Source of the DNA: Hydrolagus affinis | Taxonomy: Eukaryota | Assembly: GCA_012026655.1 (NCBI GenBank) | Contig: JAAILG010000939.1 | Coordinates: forward strand, 1-64,000 | Length of the DNA stretch: 64,000 nt | Direction of reading: 5' to 3' | Part shown: positions 1 to 11,580 of the stretch, one piece after another | How positions within the stretch are numbered: the first letter of the stretch is position 1 | Layout: the number at the start of each line of letters is the position of its first letter | Program-made: the position numbers and the translations under genes | The notes under the pieces: generated by a model | Database searches by the model: none | What the model was told of the DNA's origin: nothing | The model's input: only the letters and a program-made list of their open reading frames with translations

Positions 1-170
1 CTCTTAAAAGCTGCTATCGAATCGGACCTCACTACCCTTTCAGGCAGATCATTCCAAATTCGAACAACTCGCTGAGTAAAAAAATTTCTTCTAACCTCCC
101 CTCTGCTTCTTTTGGTAGATATCTTAAGACTGTGACCACGGGTCACAGACACACCTACCAGTGGAAACAG
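1..170 (-). mobile_element. CR1 LINE ORF2 C-terminal fragment (continues beyond window start)
   Basis: Minus strand translates LFPLVGVSVTRGHSLKI...RRNFFTQRVVRIWNDLPERVV, the typical CR1 ORF2 C-terminus. Confidence 0.9.
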
Positions 171-559
171 CCGCTGGAGCCAACTGACAAAGGAAAAAAT
201 ACAATAATGCTTCTTTGCTCCAATTTCCAAGTTTGGCTCAAGAAACCACTTGTCACTGTTGCGTCACAGACGGTAAAATCACAAATTTGTTTTCACTGTT
301 AGTATTGCTTCATAATACTTTACCTGGTACCATTTCTGCCAAGATAATAATACCGTGGAATCTTGACATATTCATGATCAGAATTGACAGATTAAGAAAA
401 ATGGCATAAATGCCAAAAGCCTCCAAACTGCTCATCAGGGTCATATCAGTGCTATTGGATATGATACTAATTAAACAAAGTCTATCCAAAAAACTGGGCT
501 TAATTAGGATTTTAATTCTTATAATCACTGCATTTGATCTACTGCCTTTCACATCAGGA

Positions 560-905
560 GGCCATCTTGAAGCACTTCACAGGATATACAGCAGAATGTA
601 GTGATTGTGTATGTTGTGGGCAACACACAGCAGCCAATTCACACACAGCAAAATCCCACAAATAACTACAAAGTGAAAGAGCAATTCTTTGCAGGGATTG
701 GGCAACTAAGACACTGGGAAAAGCATCCTTCTCCTTTGAATAGTGCCATGGGGTCTTCAATATCCAACTTGTACATGCATGCAGATCCTCAGTTTAAAAT
801 CCCATCCAGAAAATAGCATCTTCAAAAAAGCAGCTGACGCTCATTGCATTGCACCCAAGCATGCAATGAGCGTCAGCTGAGTGCCAGATATGATTTCAAA
901 GTCCC
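560..905 (-). mobile_element. Old Deu-domain SINE (SacSINE1/AmnSINE-like)
   Basis: Reverse complement contains Deu-like segments (CCCCATGGCACTATTCAAAG; TTTGTGGGA...GCTGTGTGTGAATTGGCTGC) shared with other copies in the window. Confidence 0.7.
831..879. repeat. Perfect 19-bp inverted repeat, 11-nt loop
   Basis: CAGCTGACGCTCATTGCAT (831-849) / ATGCAATGAGCGTCAGCTG (861-879). Confidence 0.95.
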
Positions 906-2065
906 ATTCAGGAGACCTGCAAAGCCTCGGTAAATATTGATGCATCTTAGAATATGGCAAAAACTATGAAAAGCTGTAAAAGATTGTAAAGCTTCACTAG
1001 AGTCTGAAACTCCCATGTGTTTTTCCACTTTACATTAGTGTTTTCAAAATAGGGCATTATATCATATTTGGCTGAGTGTTATTGCAACTGGTATTTTGGA
1101 AACAAGTATTGCTGCAATTCATTTCTACTGAATTTGCATTGAATGAATCCATTTTATTTCATGTCAATACAGTAAACATTTCTGAGAAACAAATTTTGCC
1201 TAGATTTACAGCAAAATCAACACAATTTCAACAGTTTCACAACTTCTTGTGAAAATAACAAAGGTGGGATTCATTCTAAAAGGGATATATATTTAGAAAA
1301 TTGTCTTGATTAGTGTATTATTCTCAGAGTGTTATAAATCTATTTCAAATGTGGTAGATGATATGTTATAAGGTACATTAAAATCCAAAAATGATCTCTT
1401 AAGCACAGGAGACAACATAATTATATAGCCACCTGAACAAAATGTATAATCTTCAGGACACCACTAGCTTACTTGCTAAAATATTTATGCAAGTCCCACC
1501 ATGCATGCATAATACATATAAGTGGTATCCCTCATAATTGGTCATTTCATCATTTCTATAAATGCATATAATTAACTGCTATGGGTGGTGTTAATGTTTG
1601 ACTTTTATCTATATTACCACTGTGATTCCTAAGTAAGCATAGTCAAAGCAGGATTCTGTGCTTAGGAAATGTCAGTGTTATGGATTTAGCACAGATCTTT
1701 GTTCCTGATCAAATAGCAAAAGATAGTTTCACAGATACAGTATATAGAGAATGATGGAATTCTGAGGATTGAGTTACAAGGCTGTCATCCAATTAAGGGT
1801 TCAAATGGAGTGATGGACTCTGGGAGTGGAGAAAAGCAGTTTACACTGTCGTTTGAATGTTGAGATAAGATTACAATTCTGACTCGATCTCTGCTACTGC
1901 AGTATTTCCAAATAATGTAACATGTTGGCTTGTGACAGCTTTAATTTGCTTTCTGGATTTGATTTATTCCAATATCTCCTTAATGCCCAACAAAAATTAA
2001 CTTTCATCATCATCAAGTCTCTTGTGATAAAGTCCATAGGATTTCAGTAAAAATAGAATTCTGGG

Positions 2066-3062
2066 TTATCTGCAGCCTATGGAGGGAGGAATTGAGAAGG
2101 CAGACAAGTGCAGTATTGGCAAAGTCAAGCCAGGATGTGATGAAGGAGTAAATGAGGATTTCAGCAGCCTGAGGGGTGAGATAGTGGCAGAGTCAGGCAA
2201 TATTGCAGAGGTGATGGAAGGCAGAGAGGGTCATGCTTTGGATATGGGGGAGGAAAGGCAGTTGAGAATCAACAAGACACCAAGGTTTCTACTAGCTTGG
2301 TGAGGTTGAGTGTGTAACCATGGAGGTTAATGCTGCCAGTTCCTAATGGGTGAAGGCGCTGGCGCAAGCCAATCAAGGGGGCTTGGTCGTTGACGTTCAA
2401 CTATAGAAAGTTAGCTCTCATCCAGGATTTGATGTCTGACAGGCAATCTGTCAGGACAATAGTAGTCCTGGAATTGAGGATAGAGGCAGGAAGATAGAGT
2501 TGGGTGTCATCCGCATATATGTGAAAGTTGACTCCATTATTTGCAGGTGATGTCACCAAGGGGGAGCACGTCGATGTTAAAAAGTAGGGCGGCAAGGACA
2601 GAGCCCTGGGGGATGCTGCAGGTGACAGTGCGGGGGCTGGAAGATAAAGTGGAGACGGTGAGAAAGGTAGGAGTCGAACCAGGTGAAGGCAGGTCAGTGA
2701 AGATTGAGCTAGGAGGAGAGGCAGTGTAGGAGGATTGAGTGGTCGACAGTTTCGAAGTCAGCAGGGAGGTTGAGAAGGACAAGGAGGCAGAGAGAGCCTT
2801 GATCACAGATGTTCAGAACATTGTTAAAGACTTTTACCAGGCCTGTCTCTGTGCTATGGGCAGCACGGATGCTGGATTGGAGGGGTTCGTAGAGGGAGTG
2901 GCAGGAGAGAAAGGAACGAAGATGGGAAGCAACGACTCGTTCCAGGGAGTTAGAGAGGAATGGGAGGTTAGAGATGGAGCAGTAGCTGGAGAGTAGGGAT
3001 GGGTCCAGCAAAGATTTTCAGGATGGGGGTGATGACAGCTGTTTTCAGCGGGGTGGGAACAG
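2066..3062 (-). mobile_element. Degenerate L2 LINE ORF2 reverse transcriptase fragment
   Basis: Frameshifted minus-strand pieces ISNLPFLSNSLERVVA, HSTETGL, PQGSVL, FHIYADDTQLYL, DCLSDIKSWMRANFL. Confidence 0.9.
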
Positions 3063-6000
3063 TGCCAGTAGATAGGGAAAAAGGTGCTGGGGAGAAAACA
3101 TCCATAAGAATATAAAACCTATCTTATCCATATGATATGAACAAATTTGTTAAAAGAAAATAAAGTTGTCATTTCAGACAATTCCATTAATAGCAAATAA
3201 ACAAACATGGGTACACAATGAGCTAGAAAAATGCTAGATTTTAACAAAAATAAGGAGTATTCACAGTGGTGCAGAATGATTCAGATTTATTCTCTGGAAA
3301 GATAGCTTTTTTCCCCCAAGAAGTTGTTTTAATAGCTTTAACTGAATCAGCAAAAATTTGAGAAGTAAAGGTACTAGGTAAAGGTAAGATCTGCTTGAAA
3401 GATCGATGGTCTTCCTCATTGTTGTGGCTCCAGTGGCTACTGTCTCATTGTCCCATTGAATGGCAATCAACTTTGGTTGAAGTAGAGCAAAGAAAACATC
3501 TTCACAGAAGTAATCCTAATCACATTTGATTGCCAACTTGAAAAACACCCTAACTGGGATATTTGGACTTTAATTTGTAGTTCCACTAACAGCGCCCTGG
3601 GACAACCTCCCGACATGAAAGGCGCTCTAAAACATGTAAAATGTAAACACAGATCTGAACTGCCCTCTATTTTCTCTCTCACTCTTTAACGATTAAACCA
3701 TTTGAAGAGAATGGATTGGTTAAATAACTGAGATATGTTTTCAAGCTTAAAGCTATGTTTCGAAAGTTGGATAATTGAGGTTCAGCTCTATGTAAGTGGT
3801 ACATCTGCCAATAACTTTGCATGTTACAGAAATGTTACTTTGATTCAAGTTACCATATTCAGCTACATAAAGAAAAAAGTCTTCTGAAACGGGACTAATT
3901 GTATGTGTTGTTCTGATTGTTTCAAGCATCCTTTATTGGGATTGTCCTGTGGCTGAACTGAATGTAGAAAACACCCTTTCTCGTTTCTTACTTCTGCTTT
4001 TGCTTTATGTGTTAACCACTCTGTCTCAACTTAGTAATGGGAAGGAGGAGTTCCCTGCATTAGAAACAGTATGTTCAGTGGTCATAGGATCCCTGTTAAG
4101 TGAGAGTGGAAACACCATGGAAGATTTTGAAATGTACCCTAAACACTAAACAAATTTATTATCAATAGGAACTTCTTTTGGATCACTTGTCATTTGTTCA
4201 TCCACATTAAAAGAACGATTCAGGCAGGAATGAGTATTGAATGGTGAGTAGCTTGTTTGTTGGACCAGTGTCTTCAAAAAAATGAATGAAATTTATGGGA
4301 AATACAAAAAAAAGTAATTGTTTTCAGGAAATATTAGCTATATATTTTTTAATCAATCAAAGTTCTCTTGAATACTTATACACACTATACTTTCAAGTGT
4401 ATATTATGATAAAGCGTGTGACATTTTGTTGAGGAGAGTACGATCTGTTTTAAGACATCCTAGGGGTTATTCCCTCTTTGCTAGTAAATTTATAGAGAAT
4501 AATGGTATAATGCTAAGTTGACAACCAAATTTGTCAAATTTACTAGTAAGCAGAGAAAGAACAACTTTTTAATCATATCATTACACCTTGGTAACTGGTA
4601 TTATAACTTTTTAATCAAATCATTACATCTTAGTAATCTTCAATAAAGATTGGCATTTGTATGCAAGTGCATTGTATATTGTAGTTTCAAATCTTTGTCA
4701 ATGTGCTGAATACACCAATTTTAATTTGTTTTACAGTTTTCAAAAGTTGCAATTCAGTCAATCAAAACAACTTGTGCAGGTCTTTTTAGATGAAGGTTGA
4801 ACTCAAAATGCTATTAAGAAAGTCTGAGGCAAGGAAGTTGCTCCTCTTTCACCCAACCTAACAACAACAACAACAAATTACATTTATAGAGCGCCTAACT
4901 GAAAATGTCTAATTTTACTTGTTCCTTCCTTGTACAGGAACACTTAGGTTAAATCCAACATATGAGTTTAACAAATTTAGCTAATGTAGCAGGTGCTCTG
5001 AGTATAAACCAATAATAAATTTAAAAAAACCTTAAATAAATCTGTTGTGTCAATTAAATGTTACTGTTTAGAAAATCTTTTGGCCTCTCATTTGTTGTCT
5101 TGACAACTGTTGCTGCCTAACAAAAGCAGCCAATCTTCAATGTTACTTTTGTCAGGATACAAAATGTCCAGGAAGAGAATTAATACTGTGTGTGATGCCC
5201 GTGTAAATGTTGGAATATTTTAGTTTCCATAGTGATGATCATCGGATTGACAACAAAAGGTACATAACTGGCAGATTGCAACATATGCATTTAAGTAGTT
5301 TGAAATACTCAGATCCAAATATAAAATGGTCACAGAAACCTATTGAGTAAAACATGGTTTCCCACGGTGAAATAACAACCAGAAATAGGAGGGTTGTGCA
5401 CACTGAATAACTGTGAACAGAGTTTACCAGTTTTCAATATAGTTTTCATTTGTTGGAAAGGGGTTTATAAAGCAGTCCTGAATACACCAATTAAGCTCAT
5501 TAAGTGCTGGTTGGATGCAACCAAAGTAAACTGTGCTTTAATTGCTCAGCATCACAAAGGACTGTGAACATGTGAGTTACAAGTCATGTTTAAAGCTGGA
5601 GCTGATGGGATAAATTCCCACAAAGTCCTAAATGAAATATTGAATTTCAGTTGGTTGTCATCTTCAGAGGAAAATTGCAGCAAATGGAAGATTCATCAAA
5701 CCATATTACCATTAATTTTAGTTAAGAGAATTTCCTATTTGAAGGCAAAAGCATGCAACAATCCCTTGTTAAAAGTTACTAACTTTTCATTACAATCTTA
5801 GAATTCATAGGAATTATTACACAGTCAGGAGATTACTATCACTGAATACAATAAGTCAGGCATAGACATACATAACAAGTCTGTCTTTTTCGTTTGCAAG
5901 TCTGGTAACTATCCCCAACCCTTAAACATCTTGGCATGCAATCAACAAGAACAACTTACGCTTATATAGCACCCTCCACATAGGGATCAATGACAAATGG

Positions 6001-7104
6001 ATGTAATACAGAAAACAGTGGCAAAGAAGGTAGTTTACAAATGATTTTTTGAATGAACCAAACATGTGCCTATGGTTTATATTTGCTAAACTACTCCCAT
6101 GTACATGCACAGTCGACCAGATATAATCTTCACAGTACCCTGCTTGCAATACCATGAAGAGACCTTCTAATTGTTTCAAGGAATGATGAAGGGAATCAGT
6201 AGCATTACCTAATGATAGCAGCACAATGGGTCATGAATACTCACCTTGGAGAGCTCACTGTCTTTGAACAAAGCAAAGATGTTATCTGAGCAGTACACCA
6301 TGATATCAAGCTGGAGTCCTAACATCTTCCTCTCAATTTATTTTTACTTGAGCGCCTCGTGGCTGGGATGTGTTTATGGCTGTTGACTAGCTGTCTTAGG
6401 GTGGCCAAGAAATGGTGTGCAATTCTCACGCCACGCCTCTCCAACCCTTGAACAATAGATCCCATGTGAGACAACACTATATTTTGGAGCAATGCCCCAC
6501 AATGCAAAAACAGGGAGTTTGCTTTAACAGTCCATAAGTGTAACTTGTCTGATTTAATTCTCTTCTTGGTAAATGTGATTTGGGGCACCAAGTTCTTTAC
6601 AATGACAAGTATGCCTGTATATTTATTATTGGAGAATTTGCGGAAGAAAAGTTGAAAAATGTCATGAATTATTATGTTCCATGCTTAATGAGATTAAGGA
6701 GCTGATTTTCTTCCAATGGTGGTGAAGCCAATTCAGAGTAAATTGCTAATCAGCACAGTTTGATTTATGTTAATAGAATCAAAACACCTAAAATTCTTTG
6801 TGATAAGCAAAGGGATCTTAAATATTTAAATCACCCTGGAAGCTTAGTGAATTGGCCCTGGCTTCGTCAATGCTATTTATTGTTCTTTTGAATCTTATGG
6901 AAACAATTGTTGCAAAAATACAAACCCCACAACTCTGGAGAAACCTTTTATATAAAACTGGTTAATATTACAGTTTCCCACCAGTAACTATTGCTCAAGC
7001 ATCTTGGAGGAAGATCCTGAGGCTAAGATCAAGTTTATGGGACTAATATACTTCTTATCCCTTCTTTCTATGTTTCTCTCACAGATTTGGAATCATTAGC
7101 TTTT

Positions 7105-7335
7105 GAGTAGTGCTGCCTTGGGACGTCCTCTGACGTGAAAGGCGCTATACAAATGTAATTTTGTTGTTGTTGCATCATCTGTCATGCCATTCTTCAAATG
7201 AGGCATTAAACTGAGATCCTATCTGGCTATTCAAATGGACATTGTTGCGTGCAGATTGGCTGCCATGCTCGCTTATGAAATATATAGCAAATGCATTTTA
7301 CAGTGTATCATCTGAAGTGCTTTGAGAAATCCTTT
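7105..7335 (+). mobile_element. L2 3' tail followed by Deu-SINE fragment
   Basis: GCCTTGGGACGTCC...GTGAAAGGCGCTATACAAATG + (TTG)n, then GATGAGGCATTAAACTGAG-like and ATTGGCTGCC segments. Confidence 0.7.
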
Positions 7336-7363
7336 CAATCTGGCACTACATGAAATATAAGTA

Positions 7364-7702
7364 CAGTAAACCTTGTTTATCTCCCAATACAATTCACCAT
7401 TCCCGCAACCGGATCTGATATGGGACACTCGCGGTATGCTCACTTTGCGTATGCGCACTTATTAAACTTACCGAACGCTGGAATGCTTTTTTACCAATCA
7501 TTTTACCGAGTGTGCTGGAATGCTGTATTGGTAAGTATCCATACAATATTCTGTTATTATTTAGTCTATTTTTAATATGGTATGTTTTAAAATAAGTTAA
7601 TTTTTTTGTTGGATTTTCCGCAACTTGCCACTCGAATATCCAACAGATTTGATTAATCTGCACTGGTCAGGTCCCGAGGGTTCCGGATAACAGGTTTTAC
7701 TG
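7364..7702. mobile_element. Non-autonomous Tc1/mariner (Tigger/pogo-like) DNA transposon
   Basis: TA|CAGTAAACCTTGTTTATC ... GATAACAGGTTTTACTG|TA; imperfect TIRs with TA TSD; CpG-richer than flanks. Confidence 0.8.
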
Positions 7703-8999
7703 TATTAGTATTGTTATTCTTCACTGGTCACAATATAAAGGCTTTAAAATAACCAGAAACTCAAAGTTCTCCATATAATCTAGAAATTCATGCTATAATA
7801 ATCTTATAATGCTCATTTACATTTAGGAACTAAATCTTCTTTAGCCCACATTTTATTGCAAAGATATATTTACCATAAAATTGTTTTACTATTAAGATTT
7901 GCACAGGATTAGAAAATACATTCTGCAGGGCACACTAAAATTTATTAAAAGAGACATTGCCATTGAAAATATTTTAATATAATTAGTTAATTTTACAATT
8001 AGAAATATTGAACTCTTAAATGCCCTATAAATAAGTTCAATTTAAATGATGCCTAGCTGAATTCTTTACAAAAACTCCGGAGTTTGAACAGAAGTATACT
8101 GGTACACTCCTATTTGCAGAGTGCAAAGTAAATTAGAGAATCAATAGAAGAGATTTTTACATTAGTTGTACTGAATGTGTTTGGATTCTGTAAAGAAAAT
8201 CAATTGAGCTGCACTCTCTATTTAATCTGATTATTGGACTGCTAGCATTGAATTTGTCGAATTATAGTTGACACGCATTTGTTTAGGTTTGCACACTTTT
8301 ACAGAAATTAATCTGTAAATATCATAAAATGCTATCTGTTGAATTCCCAAAAGTAACAAAACACTTAAATACCCTTCCCCAAATGCCCACTACTTGCAAA
8401 GTTCAATGTAAAAAATATTTAATTCCCAAATCAGAATAAGACAGGATGTAAACTAACAGCGTTATATTGGTATCTAAGCAACACCAGGTACTAATTAAGA
8501 TATTTATTTTTGGGGACGTTGTTTCATAATCTGTAGAATTACTGTATGTTGAAACTTTTTTTTCAACATACAGTACCATTTTCCTAGTGATTGAAAAGAA
8601 GATAAAGTCAGTAATGTCATTGTAGATGTAACAGCCTGGATAAATTGACAGTCACCTCAGCTAAATTGCAGTTTGAAAGACAAGTAATCTCCTGAGACAA
8701 CATTGAAAAGGGCTGACCACAGCTCAGGTAAACTAAATTGGAAAGCTTTCCTTTTTCATTATCATAACAAAAGACACGCTTTCAGATTTTAGGACAAATA
8801 AATCAATTAACTATAGTCATCTTTGGAGATGCATCAAGGTGGTATTGCTATAGTTATTTACCTGAAGATGTCAAACCAGATTCAACATTTTTATTCTGAT
8901 TCTTACCTGGAAAACTATGAGGTAAAAACTATTCAGTTCACTATTCCATTGACTCCTCTTAATTGAAAATAAAGAACTTTACATTGTCGCTTATTAGCC

Positions 9000-9600
9000 T
9001 GATGTCAGTCTGGCTCAGTTGACAGCTCTCTTACCTCTGAGTCAAAGGGTTGCCCATTCAAGACATGGTTGCTTTGAGCTCATAATCTAGCCTGATATCT
9101 CTCTGGCGTGCACCTCTTTATCTTTAAATCCCACTTAATAAATAGGGTTAATTAATTTAAGAAAAAGATTATTCTCTCCCTTCATGGCCTATCTCCCCTT
9201 CTCCATTGCTCAGGTCCAAACCCACAAATGTGCAGTGCTCCAACCTGTTATGCAGCATGAGGGGCATAATATAAATATGAGTTACTCCAGTGCGTCGGGG
9301 AGCATTGTCAGAGGTACCATACTTCGAAAGAAGTGATCAACCGAAGTCCCATCTGCCCTTTCAGGTGGATGTTAAGAATCGCTTGGTACTATTAATAAAA
9401 AAAAAGGACAGGACTTCTAGTCTCCTGGGAACAATCTCCCCTGATAAAATTGGTCAGCTACTTCCTCGCTGTTTATGGACCATTGCTGTACATAAATTGG
9501 CTGTCACATTCGCCTACAAATACACAATAGCTGCATTTTGCAGTAAAATCCTGTAAAGTGTTTTAATAAGACGCAATATCAAATCAAAGATTATTATTAT
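9000..9600 (+). mobile_element. Deu-domain SINE, interrupted by ~180 bp of other sequence
   Basis: tRNA-like head (TGGCTCAGTTG...GAGTCA...TTCAAG) at ~9010; Deu core CAGGTGGATGTTAAG; AAATTGGCTG; (TTA)n tail. Confidence 0.65.
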
Positions 9601-10199
9601 CACATTAAAACATCAAAAGTGTTCACTACTTTCACTGTTCACCACTGTGTGATCTCTGTAACGAGTAAACATTTGCACTATCAAAGTTACACAAACAGTT
9701 ATAAAGCGAATGGTCGATCAATCAGCAGAATTTTTGGATATCTTGCATTTCTTATTACCAGCTTGGAATCTTTAATGTTCATTTTGTTTAAACATATCAT
9801 CAAAAATACAGGATGCTTTGCTCTCGCAGTACTGTGCTGTACTGCATTACAGCACCAGCTGAAACTATGAGAATCAAATTTCAGTGTGACGCTTGAATAA
9901 ACAAATTTCTGACCCCTCAGGCAACAGTGCTAACAACTGAGCTAAAGTAACATCACTTTTTAATTAAATCTATTCCAATATAATATGATGCGTTATCTGC
10001 AAACAATTCCTGGAGTGGTTTACAATTACACTCCCAAGGCTGCAAACAGGCTGCATAATAATTGAAGATTTGTTTCAGACGCAAAGGATCTACAGTACTT
10101 TGATCCACTGAAGAAAGAAAATCAGATTCCAATTTTCGACTTGGGGCTTCAACCCACAACATTATGACTTAGTTGCGAGACTGTAACTACTGATCCAGG

Positions 10200-10450
10200 C
10201 TGCCAGATTGTCATGGTCTAGTGGCTAAAAGCATGGTTGCTGAAGCAGCGGAGGGTATGAGGGATGTGCAGAGGCCAGAGGTAACTGAGTGAGGGGGGCT
10301 GTTGTGAGTGGGGTGTACACAAGTTGGAGAAGTAGAGAGGTGCCAGGCACTTAAGTGATTTGCACACAAATATGAGGAGCCTGAAATCATTCTAATCTGT
10401 AACAGGCCTTGCAAGGACGGGGTGATGGGGGTACAGAGTTTAGTGTGGAT
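10200..10450 (-). mobile_element. Old L2 3' fragment
   Basis: Purine-rich degenerate match to the other minus-strand L2 3' ends. Confidence 0.45.
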
Positions 10451-11010
10451 GCCAATTATAGAATTATCATGTGTCATTGATTCTTCCTTGGGTCTGACCT
10501 AGGATAGCTCAAACTTTGAGGAACTTCTGCACCAGCAAATAAGGGGCCAGTCAGAGGCAGATTGTAACCTTGTTAAACTCTAGATACACATTCTGTGCCT
10601 TTGGGAGAAGTGTCCATTACAATACATGTAGTGCCAACAATGAGAAGCTTGCTGAAATGTTTTTTAATATTATGCAGACAGACTGGGCATAACTGGTGGA
10701 GCAGATGGGCTCTCTATTCAGTCTGCTCATCACACTGGTGGGTAACCATCAATTCTCCTCTGTCGTACAGGGACATGATCTTTCAAAGCACTACAGAGAA
10801 ATCTGAAAGCTTTTCTGAGGGACACGTCCAGCATTCGTCGCCTATAGCTGAAGTGCTTCTGTGCCCCTGAACACCGTAATGTAGACCATTTTGCTGGATA
10901 GATCATCTGAGAGCTCCACAGGTGTGAAACAATTGACCTAGAGTGAAAGGAAACCACACTAGTACTTCTGGATCATGTTCGTGAACAACACTCCTGAAGA
11001 GAGTTTATAG

Positions 11011-11580
11011 GTGCCAGACAGCCTGCTAGACATGAAATCCTGGATGGGGTCTAACTTTCTAAAGTTGAAAATCACCAAAATCGTGGCACTCTTGATTGGC
11101 TCCCATCAGAAACTCCACAGCTCAGGCACTGACAGCATCACTGTCCGTGGATGCACACTCCACCTAACAGAACTAATTCAGAACCTTGGTATTACGATTG
11201 ATACTCAATTGCCCTTTCTAACCTACATCCAAGCCATAAGTCTGCCTTCCCCCACCTCTGCAACATCACCTAACTCTGCCACTGCCTCACCACTCAGGCT
11301 GCCAAAACTCTTTCCATGCATTTATCACATCTATGCTTAACTATACTTATCAGCCTTCCCAACTCTTCCCTCCACAAGCTGCAGATCATCCAGAACTCTG
11401 CAGCTTGTGTCCTCTCCTGCACCAGGCTCCATGACCCCATCACTCACACCCTCAACCTGCTTCACTGGATAGAGTTCAAAATCCTCATTCTTGCCTTCGA
11501 GGCCCACCACGGCCTCACTCTTTCCTATGTCTGTGATCTGCTTAACCTGTTGGTTAACCTGTCGGTTCCCTTTGCTCAGC
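11011..11580 (+). mobile_element. L2 LINE ORF2 C-terminal fragment
   Basis: [35 protein letters not shown] motifs across frameshifts. Confidence 0.9.
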
